Source of the DNA: Cetorhinus maximus
Taxonomy: Eukaryota
Assembly: GCF_964194155.1 (NCBI RefSeq)
Contig: NC_135889.1
Coordinates: 58,280,001-58,344,000 of the forward strand
DNA length: 64,000 nucleotides
Direction: 5' to 3'
The notes under the pieces are model-generated. The model was not told where the DNA came from. It worked only from the letters and a program-made list of their open reading frames with translations, and ran no database searches. Of this stretch, positions 53,022-64,000 are shown one piece after another (position 1 is the first letter of the stretch; each line of letters begins with the position of its first letter). Position numbers and translations under genes: made by a program.

Positions 53022-53406
53022 TATAATCACATAATGCTAAATAAAATCAGCAAACTAAATCAATCACCATATCATTTCATATTTTCGTCTTATTAAAAAG
53101 CAATAAAATCTTTATTCAAAATGGCTATTTCTTCTGAGATTTTGCCACCTTCCACTTTTAAAGGGAGCTGCAAAACTCTGTACAGGGGTGATCAGTCAAG
53201 GTTGATTGAAAAGGTTAAAATTATGCACACGGGATTTCATTAGAAATAATGTCGAATTAAGGCTCGAAAGAACTTCAAAAACAGGTGGACTGGTTTACAT
53301 AAAACTAGCCATCAACGTGCTGGAGGATTCATTCTGCTCAACACGTTTAACAGTGGAATTAGCACAAACTGAATGACGTTTTGCTTTGAGGCCAAAGGGG
53401 GTAAAG

Positions 53407-54352
53407 TTACTTGGTCTCTTTTTCTGTTGTCTCCTGCTCAGGCTCTTCCTGTTCTTTCTTGACCTCTTCCTCCTCGTCGTCGTTCCGAGAGGTTGGAAAT
53501 TTGTCTTTGTTGTTCTCTTTTTTCCATTTCATTCTCCTATTTTGAAACCAAATCTTCACCTGTCTCTCAGTCAGTCCCAGAGCATGTGAAACCTCGATCC
53601 TCCGCTTTCGAGTTAGATACGGATTGAACAGGAATTCCTTTTCCAGCTCCAGAGTTTGGAATCGGCTGTAAGTCTGTCTTCCTCTGCGTCTACCGGGTGC
53701 TGCTAAAGAACACGAGAATCACAAGAGACAATAAATATCGGATAAAATGCATATACAACCGAATAACGACAGCCTAGGAACAAGAACAGCAAGAACGGTA
53801 ATGGCATGCAAAGAAAGTGGTCCTATAAAAGTAGACAGACTATTATAGACAGCGTTAAACACCTTGGCGATATAACTGAGCAGCAGTAAAACGTGAGATG
53901 GAAGCTAATTCTAATATATCCAAACCTTGAGGTCTCATCCAGGGAAACATTTGAGTAGGAGACGAGTTCTGATTTAAGTGCTCTGGTTCTTCGCCAATAT
54001 TACTGCTAGACGATTTACAGTCAGGATATTGTACCAGATCGGCCTCTTGCTGTGTCGTAAAAATTTGCTGTCTTTGTAAGTTATCGTATCCGTAAAATTT
54101 AGAGGGGTCACCATGACACGTAATTCCACAAGGATTCTGTTGAAAGCCAGCATTAGGAAGTGCAGATGTCCCATGATGGTAAAAATCTTGAACTTGAGCT
54201 GGGTGCTGGAAGCCTGCGCCGCTGCTGGGACCATAGACCACAGCGTGTCTGCTGGTCACGTCTTGTGGAAACCGGCAGTCATAGTAAGTGGGACTTAGTG
54301 CTTCTCCTGGCTTGTACTTGGAGTAGAATGGATTAACAAAATATGAACTCAT
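53407..54352 (-). CDS. HOXD8: Homeobox protein Hox-D8; exon 1 54352-53926, exon 2 53702-53407 (240 aa; alternative acceptor at 53699)
   Basis: [14 protein letters not shown] start, QMFPWMRPQ hexapeptide, donor G|GTTTG, acceptor TTTAG|CAG, homeodomain [66 protein letters not shown]. Confidence 0.95.
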
Positions 54353-57300
54353 CTGTGCAGACTCTAGAATGACCAACGAATATCAACAAAGTAAATGTTA
54401 AACAATGCTGGAGTGATGTTATTGGGTCCCCCGGTCTACAGAGTGCTCATGATGGCAATGCAGGTCCAGTATGCACTGATGCCCGGTGGAACATACTCGC
54501 TAATACTGTAGGTACACAACTGCCTCACTGCTGTGGCTGCTTCACTTTGAAAGCGCAGATCAGTTCTAAGCCAGCTGAGAAGGTCGTTGCCTGCCGTTTA
54601 CAGTCACCGCTTTCGCGGGCAACACCTCTGTGCTGGAAAATGATATTTTTTTAAAAAAATGTAGAGGGCACACTGATCGGGGGAAAAAAAAGGATAACAT
54701 GCGGATTAATATATTCAGCACACTCTCGTTACAATTAGGCGGGCCGCATCACAGAAAACATGAAATACGTGCGCCACTCAGCTGAAGAGAAATGAAGCTG
54801 GCCCGGTTACAGCACAGCAATTAGATTTTAGAACACAACAAGGTGAGATTGGTCTCAAGGTCAAGACATAGTGAGGAGAAAAAGCCGGAAGGCTAAAAGG
54901 CTAAAGTTTGAATTAAGATCAGGGATTATTTTTATTGGCTGTTTCTGTAAATCTTGTTGGATCTGTGTGGGTCTGTCAATCTGTCTGTCTACCCAGCTTA
55001 TATTTACACACATGTATATTTCTATTTACATAATTAAGTATAGCTGACGCATGGATACTTCTGTAAGTTACATATAAACTGTTATCAATCGATAATAATT
55101 CTCACTGGGTTTAAGTAGGCAGCAGATCAACAGAAATCGAACCTTTCTCCCCCCAAAAAATTGCATCAAGCAACATTGTTGTAGTATATACGAGAAAACC
55201 CCATTTACAAAGAGCGCGAAGAAATAGTTACCCTTGCCTCAGATAAAAAAATAGGCTCGCTTGACTGAAACTTCGAGGTTAATTACGAGCTAATGAAAAT
55301 CATGCCTGTGAATACAATTTCCATCATTTCAGCCCTGGCAGACGTCATTGCCGAGAAAGGCAGCTTGCATCTCCAGGCAAACACAAAGTTCGTAGCTTGA
55401 GGTTGAAATTTCATCAAGAAGCCCCACATCGGGAGGAACAGCAAGCCTGAGATGATAGGCGTGCAGCCCTCGAGCTGGTTAGTTTTAGCTGCTGATAGCT
55501 GAATCGCTCATGAATAAAGTGAATCCCAATTTTTTTCCCCCTTCAAGCGACTGTGTTTAAAGTTTAAACAAAAAAAGCTCTTGATCTGTTAAACTTGTAT
55601 TCACCAGTGAACTTTGTCCCTCACGCTTCGGTGGGTGTCTCAACTCTACCGAATGCTGCAGGGAGAGAAAATCAGAAATGTCCTCGCTGGCTGCTTCCAC
55701 TCTTATACTTCAATGAATGCAGAATATGTTCATTCAAAATGAGCCCAAAATGTGCTGCAGGGATATTCCTCTTCAGTCAATTCTCATTTATTTGCATAAA
55801 ACAAAAATAGCCGGGTAAAGAATCACACTTTAAAACGCGTTCTCATTCTTTAATGGAGTGTGCAGCCGTTTGCCCCGTTTTAACTCCATGATAGAAACAA
55901 GACACTAATCGCAATTCACAGCTACATTTTTCGGCAAACCGCGCTTTTCACAATGATGAAAATATTTCATTAATCAGCAATGCGATTGATAGGCTGCGTA
56001 TCAATGTTGCTATGTACATATTTACATATGTAAATTCACTTTTCTGCAAAACTCCATTTCAGCGGAATGCTTACTTCATTTAAGCCAAGTTTGTAAGAAA
56101 GGATAAATGATATGAAGAGAATCTCTCGCTCTGCTGTCCCCTTTTAATACGAAGCATTCAAATCCATTTATTATTTTTAAAAATCTGACCCTCGAGGCTG
56201 GAAAAATTAAATGTACAGCTCGTTATTAATTTAAATATACTTATTAGTCGTGTTTTACGTTTCCTTTTGCATTGTTATCTAAAACGGTTACAGAACCTCT
56301 TTGAATCGAAGGGAAGAGACGCCAGGATCTGAAAGGATAAGTTAACACTTACCGGGGTTATTGAACAATCCTGCAATGAGCGGCAACAAACAAATGTATA
56401 TGATATTTATTGTAATTATGGAGTGTGGGGTACGTGCCTAATGTAAAGCAGCCAAGTGTCTACTTTAAAAACGGCGACAAGTGTTTTTGCCGAAATCTTG
56501 GGAACGGTTTTTTAAAATATTGAAATGGCACCTCCACCGTCACTCTGTAGGTATAATTTAAATTTTAACTTTAGACATTATTCACTTTCTTCTCTCTCGA
56601 ATTTGTAGCCAATTTATTCCGAGACATAGCAATGCAGCGAGCACATGAGAAGTCAAATCAATGTGTCACTTATTTTATAGTTTGAAATTTGTAACTGTAC
56701 TCAAACGCTTGAAAATGTTTCAGAAATCATTGAAAATTATTACAGCATATACCCCGAAAGAATTATTTAAAGGGGAAGATTGTAAAATTGGCCGCTAATG
56801 GGATCTTTAAAAATTGGAGGCCCGACTCTTTTTTGATGATTGATTTTTAGACTGAAATGCACAATAAAATAAACACATGTCTACGCCTGCTAAAGTCGAG
56901 AATTACATAGTAATGCTAAGATTAACTGTAAGTGAGTTTCATTTGTCGTGGTAATGCTACATTGCATTGTAAAATTTCAGTTTTCGTTTCAGAGTAGTGA
57001 TTCTTTAATTAAAATTGAGAAATAAAAAAATCTGACATCCTTATACTCGAAATCTACACCGAATTATCTGGCTATGAGTTTAATGTGCAACTTCAACCAT
57101 TACTCAAGATCATATTTTACACTTTCATTGAAGGAACATCATTGGAACAAAGGAGAATGCAGGCACAAATATGGAGGGTTTTGTGGAAATTAAGTTGCAA
57201 CTGGTGTAAATTGTTTTGAATAACCCTTCATTTTGTTCTCAAAAATCTTTTAATATCGAAAGTCTGTACTATGTAACCATTTAATGATACATTTCCAAAG

Positions 57301-57554
57301 AGGTTTTGTGGAACTTCTAACCTTTAAGCGAGCACATGGTCGCACGCCTTTAATTTGGACCGCTTTTTTGAATGTTTGCAATTGTAAGATGAAACTTGCA
57401 TTTTGAAATTACTCCAAAAACAGGTTACAGATATTACCGTTTTTCGCGTTTTCTGAATTTAAACGCACTATGAAAAAATATGAAGTTCCTTTTAACCGAT
57501 TTACCGTGTATCTGTTGTCATTTGCAGGTTTTCCAATTTGGTATAGTGGAGCGA

Positions 57555-57571
57555 CAGCACCGCCGAGTGGC
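57555..57571 (-). promoter_or_regulatory. Candidate CTCF motif between HoxD8 and HoxD9
   Basis: Minus strand GCCACTCGGCGGTGCTG, partial CTCF core match. Confidence 0.5.
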
Positions 57572-58767
57572 TAGTGAAATGAACTACGGCTGAAGTGGAA
57601 CTGGGGCGTCTTTGGTTCACTTTTGTGCGGAATCATTTAAGAATCAGTTAACATGCTTGTGTTGTGAAGAAACGAAACATAAAAGGAGCTCCATTAGATC
57701 TCAATAAAGGCTAAAAAATAAGTTTTATGAAGAATGATTCCGAATTGTCAGGACAGTTTGTCTGATTTACCCCGCACTACTTTAACTCGGCATTCAGCAC
57801 TCTGCAGCAAAGCCCCAGGGGTTCAAAAAGTTAGATGATACTTTGAAAATTTACACACTTGGTATTTGACAGAAGGCAGTCGGCTAATTATATATTATTT
57901 CGCTAACGACTTTCTAAAAGCAATGTAAGTTAAATCAGTTGATTATATATAAATGTTAATTACTAAAGTAGCAAAATTATTTTCGGATCTAATAATCTGA
58001 AGGGTGGGGGGAGAGTAGAGAGGTATGGATGACTGCACGTGTATACAGAGACAAAGAAAGTAACAGAAAAATATAGCAGATTAGCGAAAGATTTAAATAT
58101 ATTTCCTATAAATTGAGAAAAGGATTTTCTGAATATGCACCAATTGCTGCTGCCATGTTTTTAAAACTTTATGAAAACGTTGGTATGCGCACGAAAGCGA
58201 GATGAGAAACATTCATTTGAAGGTACAAAATTAAATAAATTCATAAAACGGATGCTGTGTTCAATTTAGTGTCCACTCGTCATTTAACAATCCTGTGACA
58301 CATATTCGTCTATAAATCATTTGCATCTTGCATAATAAAATATAATGAACGTAAGTATTATTTCTTTAGAGGTCTGTTTTTTTTCTCCTAACGCATGTCT
58401 TTTCAGTTAATGAAGTAAGCCTATAGATTTCCGTGTTATTCTTACTTAACTGGACATGCGGATGAATATTTTGTGTATATCTGCCGTATGGCGAAGTGTA
58501 CTCCATTGTACTTCGTACATGTATGTTTGGGAATAGATAAGATTGTCCAGATTCAAGTGACAAAGCGGAATTAATTGTCTTCGCTCCTTTAACGAGTGTC
58601 TGCGTTTTTGTTTGTCATCAACAGACAAAACATCTGAATTGGCTGATTTCAAAGAAGTCCGTAATTACATGAAAAAACTATAAAGCCATTAAGGTCAGGC
58701 GTCTAGCCAGTTGTGGGGTTTATTGTACCCCGTTCCTTCCGGTTCTAAAGCACTGTATGTAGAATTG

Positions 58768-58785
58768 TGGCAATAGATGGCGTTG
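58768..58785 (+). promoter_or_regulatory. Candidate CTCF motif in the opposite orientation between HoxD8 and HoxD9
   Basis: Plus strand TGGCAATAGATGGCGTTG resembles TGGCCAGTAGATGGCGCTG. Confidence 0.5.
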
Positions 58786-60672
58786 CAATTCAACACCTTC
58801 TGAGCACTAAAATTTTCAGAGGACTCTCCAAAAAGAATGAAGTTCTAGTCTTACGAGTGCACGCGATTGTTTTCAGTTTGCAACTTTAGTGAGATAGTGA
58901 CGTGAAATAAAATAAATCTGCCTGTGCTCAGTGCCCAATTTTGTATGCAGTTATAATAAATCCGCACCCAGTGTTTTGCCAACAATGTGTACTTTGTTGT
59001 TTATTTTTATACCTTTAATTAATGTACCCAGTGTGTTTGTAACTATGAATCATTCCAACGTGTTACGCGTCGGATATCGGCAGTAATAATATACATAACA
59101 TTGTCCAAGCAACGAAGGAGAAACTATAAAACATATTTTTTTTATAAATAAGGCCGAAAGTAATTTCCTTCGAGCAGCTACCAACTCAAATGCTAAGGAA
59201 ATAATCAAAATGCATTGATTAAAACACGTTTTTGTTTCAAAAGATACTTTGATCTACATTATATGTATACGCGTCAGCCTGTGTATCGTGGATAATTGCT
59301 AATTATTACAACCCAGAAAATCCAAGATTTCAGAATTGTTTTCATAATTTATGCAACCGGTGGTCTTTCCCCATCGGGGGTCAATATTAGATTGCTGATC
59401 AGTTAATTTGAACGAAATCCCTTTTGGATCATCCTAGTATTAGCATTCATTTAACAAAACTGAATGTTTCAAACAGAAATGGAAGCAATATAATCCCCTT
59501 CTAATGGATTATATAGTATTACTTTGCAGTCCTTCCTGAAATGGCTAATGTTTCACATCCAAACAAAGTTAATCGCATCATAAATGACTTTTCGAGCAGT
59601 CAGCAAATCTGAATTGTTTATAAATTTTATTGTTATCGTAACGAGGAAACGTGAGGTACAAACCAGCGGACGTGAGTGGAACTTCCTGCTTAGTCGTTTG
59701 ACTTCTGCAGCGCAGCGTGATTTTTATTATCACATCTATGGCAGCTATTAAATGCTGCAGAGGATCTGGGAGTAAGTCAAAAAGTACTGTGATATTATAT
59801 GTTCTCACATTTTCATTACATTAATTACACTGGATTTGACGTAATGATCCAAGTGACCGCATCTTTATAACAGTATTGAAATCGACGCAATAAACACAGA
59901 ATTAAAGCAGGTCATATTCACTTGTCACTAAAATAAGCTTGCTTCAGATTGTCCCAAACGCACAAAAAAGATGTCTACAGCTGTTGGAAAAGTAACAAAA
60001 TTTGGACACCTTTTAATTCACTTGTGTTCCTTCGTCAAGGTGCCTATAGCTTTATGATACGTTCAGGTTATTCGAGAAATATCCCTTCCCATAGTGACCA
60101 CGACGCTCTGCTAATTTAACTTGAAATATTTTAAATAAATAGTACATTGGTTTGACACCCTTTATCAGCACAGTGGTGGTGTCATTGCACTTGTAAATAA
60201 CTGACTAATGTACAGTGAGTGGCGCTTTTATTACAGTTCACCGAGGAACCGGCAGAAAAACTGAATAGGGAGACAAAGGGTCCGCATTTCTCTATATTTA
60301 TATCTAAATGATACGCTAACAGTACAGCGGAAACACAACATCTTACAGGTTGCACAACTAAAGAAAACGTTGAAATATGCGTGTTTAATTTATGTATAAA
60401 ACAAGTATATTCTAATAATGGTGTCAAAGTTTTATCGTATTACAACCAATGTGCTGACATCAGTTTAAATTCCGTTTAATGTAACCAAATAGCAGCAAAT
60501 CAGGGAGTCTCTACACAAATGTCAGTTGTTTAAACACAGGATTGCTCCGGAGCTGTACAACACTGGGAAACATAGACCGTGCTTTGAATAGGCACCACTA
60601 GATAGACAATACACTTTTTACACAGTCTGTTTGTAGGATTTTCAGATCTATCGTTAAGATATGGATGTTCAC

Positions 60673-62019
60673 TCATGGTTCTTCGTTATTTTTCACTTTG
60701 TTCATCTTCTTCATTTTCATTCTTCTGTTTTGAAACCAAATCTTTACCTGTCGCTCGGTAAGATTTAAAATTCTAGCAACTTCATAACGCCGGTCTCTGG
60801 TGAGATACATATTAAATAAAAACTCCTTTTCTAATTCAAGCGTCTGGTACTTGGTATAAGGGCAGCGTTTCTTCCTGGTAGAGCGAGCGTGGATCCAATT
60901 TATTGCGGGGTGATCTGGAAGGAATAGAAAAACAGGAATTAAAATCTGAACACCTCCTGAATATTTTCCACGGGATTTCGGACATGCTCAAGAATTTCCA
61001 CAATCGCAATAATATTAATCAAAGCTACAGATCCCCCTTTTCCACTGGGCGCTTGTCAAGTTCAATGAGATTTCATATGTTAGAAGTTGAGACAGCGATT
61101 GATTTTAGTCTGTTTGGGGTTGTTTTGAAACGGGGGAAACGAGGGGAAAACAATCTTTGATAGAAAGAATGGAAAAAATGCAGTTTAAAATGTTTAAATT
61201 AGAAAAATGTATTCTACCTTCGACTTTCCCAGTAGTCCTGCAAAATGCAACGAGAAGGAATGCATCAACGTTTTACAGTCTTGTCAGACACAAATTTGTG
61301 TGTAAAAATTCCCTGTAAACAATATAAACTCTTTACTGCTGGCTGTGGGTTTTCAGACTTGGGTAGGCGTCTAGACATTTTTATAGGTTTGTAAAACCAT
61401 CAGCTTTGCACACTCGGGTCTACAGGTTCGGGTTGTAAATCAAGCTGCAATTTTTGCACTTACTTGGGTCAAGTTGCTGTTGTTTCTCCTCCTTGTGCTC
61501 ACTGTTGCTCGTAATCTCGGAGCTAGCGCAGCCAAGCTCTTTGGGAAGCTTCTCCCTACACTCTGGGTAGGAGCCGCAAGTGAATTCTGGCAGGCTGAGG
61601 GTTTGCAGCTCAAAGGAAGAGCTCTCAGTCCTCTTGGTTGACAAAGTTTCTGGCTTGATCCCGTAATGCCGGCCGTTGGGATGGAATCCGGGGAAAGAGA
61701 CTGAACTGGAAAGTGGTTCTAACCATGAGCGCACGTATCTGCTGTCTCCAGCTGCAAGATGCGATTGATGCATGTAAGGATGATAGATTCCTGCAACGGC
61801 GGCAGAGGACTGAGGATGGACGGGAGACCAGGGATTTGAAAATGCTGTTGACTTGGGGGTAAAACTGCAGGAAGAGAAATCTGAACTGTCTGCTACACCT
61901 GATGGCCTTGAGGCTGTGCTGTGTGCTCCTTGAGCATATCTAGCCGCGTATAAGTCCTCTGTCTCCTGTCCTATCAACGAATCAACATAATAATTGTGTA
62001 TAGTGCCACTGGTCGACAT
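60673..62019 (-). CDS. HOXD9: Homeobox protein Hox-D9; exon 1 62019-61464, exon 2 60914-60673 (265 aa; in-frame upstream ATG at 62040)
   Basis: [17 protein letters not shown] start, paralog-9 motifs RYVRSWLEP and HYGIKPE, donor A|GTAAGT, acceptor TTCCAG|, [65 protein letters not shown]. Confidence 0.95.
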
Positions 62020-62119
62020 TTTAGGCTCTCTGGCTTTCATAGAAAAGGTTACACTGGAAAGTGTATCTGATACCTTCACTCAGAACAATCATAGTATTTT
62101 GCCGACTGCAGTTGCAGCT

Positions 62120-62155
62120 ATTGGTTGCGGCCCTCACGTGACTGTATTTACCAAT
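62120..62155. promoter_or_regulatory. HoxD9 promoter: symmetric CCAAT/E-box/CCAAT
   Basis: ATTGG-N10-CACGTG-N10-CCAAT about 100 bp upstream of the ATG. Confidence 0.75.
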
Positions 62156-64000
62156 ACAGCGAGTAAATCAATCCGCTCATCGGCCTTACCGCAACTGGGC
62201 CTAGACCAGCTTTTACAGAAATAACAAAAAATGCATTATCAATGGACAGAATAAAATCATTTGATCAGGATTGTTGGAAACGTTCTGCTGGAGCCTAAGG
62301 AACAACATCTCCAAGTGCAGTTAAAACAGCGTCTGGAGAAGCAGGGGACTATTTTCCCCGTAAGCTAATTAATGTCTGTCACTCATTTCATAATCAGTAG
62401 TGCGTGGTCCATGATCTATGTCAAGAGCAAATATCTGTTAGCTTAGTGCAATAAAGCGGCAAGAAAACACCTTCGAGGTACGTTGGTGTTTCTATACTGT
62501 ATATTCCCTGCTTAGAAAAGAGCTTTTACAGACCATTGGCTGATTACTCTCATAAAAGGAGTGAACGACATGTTGTAAAACGAAGGATTTGAGCTACTTT
62601 TTTTCAAATCTGGACTATAGGAACGTGCTGAGTAATTTCCCATTCTTCGAATTTTCCTCGGCTAATATTTTAATTTGTTTTAAATATCACTGCATTTGAA
62701 GTAAAGGGTTCCTCGCCCCTTTATAGTCTGTACTCAGAAGCCACCATAAATGCTTTTATGTCTATCAATAAAATTTTTATGAGGTGCATTTGATTATACA
62801 TTAATGTGTCTTTAATAAAACAGGCCTCTTTTGGCATAGTAAAGTATGCTTAACCAAAACTGGACGCTAAAACGTTCCCACAAAAGTACAAGTTTTCCAG
62901 CCTATAAATATGTTTCTCGTTCATCGCCTGTTAATAGCAGCTCAGTGTACCATGGTGTACAAAAGAGGAGAATGTGCCCGCTGTTTGGAACATAAACGCA
63001 CCACCAGCTCCAGTGCCGTGTTTCAGTGCTCTCGCTAGTCGATAGAATTGCAGTGAGTCTAAGAGTAAAGATCGAGAAGTTTGAGTTGGTTCCGAGTTTT
63101 AAAAGATGATAGCCATTAAACAGCTGCCGAGAAATTGCGCGTTTCTTCAGATGACACATTCAGTGACCGTCCACCATGACACAATCAGGCAAACCTCGCT
63201 AGCCTAAAGGAAATAAGTTCAGTTTTACATAGTTTAAAAAAAACTAGGCATTTCTAGTTTAATTCCTCTTTCTTTTTCGCATTGAACTTTGTTTTTTTCT
63301 CCTTTTGAGTGGTCAGTAACTGCGCAGTAATCTTGGCATTCACCATGGCCAGATTACAAGCATTGATTGAGTCCACCTCACGGACCTTTCAGAATACACA
63401 TCTTATTAAATATACTGTATTCTTATCGGCTCCTCTTTCTCACTTGTTTATGGGCAAAGACTTTATCATTTGTAATCTCTGTAATATAAACGAGAAGAAA
63501 AACTGCTTAATGTATTGTGGCGAATGATCAAAACCTAAAGATAAGCAAAGCCGAAGGATAAGGCACATCAGTAACCGTTCAACAACTTTGTTGCAGTGTG
63601 AACCGTTGTATATTACTGCCTCGCCTTAGTGCACTCAAGCCATTTTATTTAAACAAGGTGCAACAATTACAGGGCTGAATTTAATTTCTACTTAACCAGA
63701 TCCAGTTTATCCCGATGTAACATGATGCAAATGATAATCTTGCCCAATTTAGGCAGTAGGCAACCATGCAGATTTAGGTGACTGATCGGATGGTTTTCGC
63801 GAATTGCCAGTTTTTGTCAAATTGAAAGAATAGGGAAACATTAATTGCTGTTGTTTTATGCCATTTGCAAAAGAAAAATACGGCTTGTTCCTTTCTTGAC
63901 TGTTAATTACTTTAAGAATGAGGAATGCAATCTCTGCTGCAGCTAGGCGCTGCGATTGCTATGTGTAAACAAAAGAGTGGATTATAATTTTCCTTTTAAG

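Noticed and set aside
62200-64000. Possible miR-196 gene or HoxD10 coding sequence
   Set aside because: No miR-196 mature sequence in a hairpin and no homeobox seen; the miR-196-like string at 53001 has no partner arm and is a target site.

Overview
Vertebrate genomic DNA: the anterior/central part of a HoxD cluster, all genes on the minus strand, in the order HoxD1 (3' end at the window edge), HoxD2, HoxD3, HoxD4, miR-10b, HoxD5, [no intact Hox6/Hox7], HoxD8, HoxD9. Intact HoxD2 and HoxD5 plus a shark-type SINE tail suggest a cartilaginous fish (inference). Each gene has two coding exons with a phase-1 GT-AG intron. Recognisable regulatory elements: three DR5 retinoic-acid response elements, CTCF-like motifs, a recurring E-box-N10/11-CCAAT promoter module and a near-perfect miR-196 site in the HoxD8 3' UTR. 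The most interesting signal is in the HoxD5-HoxD8 gap. It appears to hold decayed remnants of HoxD7 (promoter, 5' UTR with GTG at the start position, hexapeptide trace, homeobox trace) and of a HoxD6 homeobox, in the expected order and orientation. These relic calls come from by-eye alignment and remembered paralog sequences and need computational confirmation.
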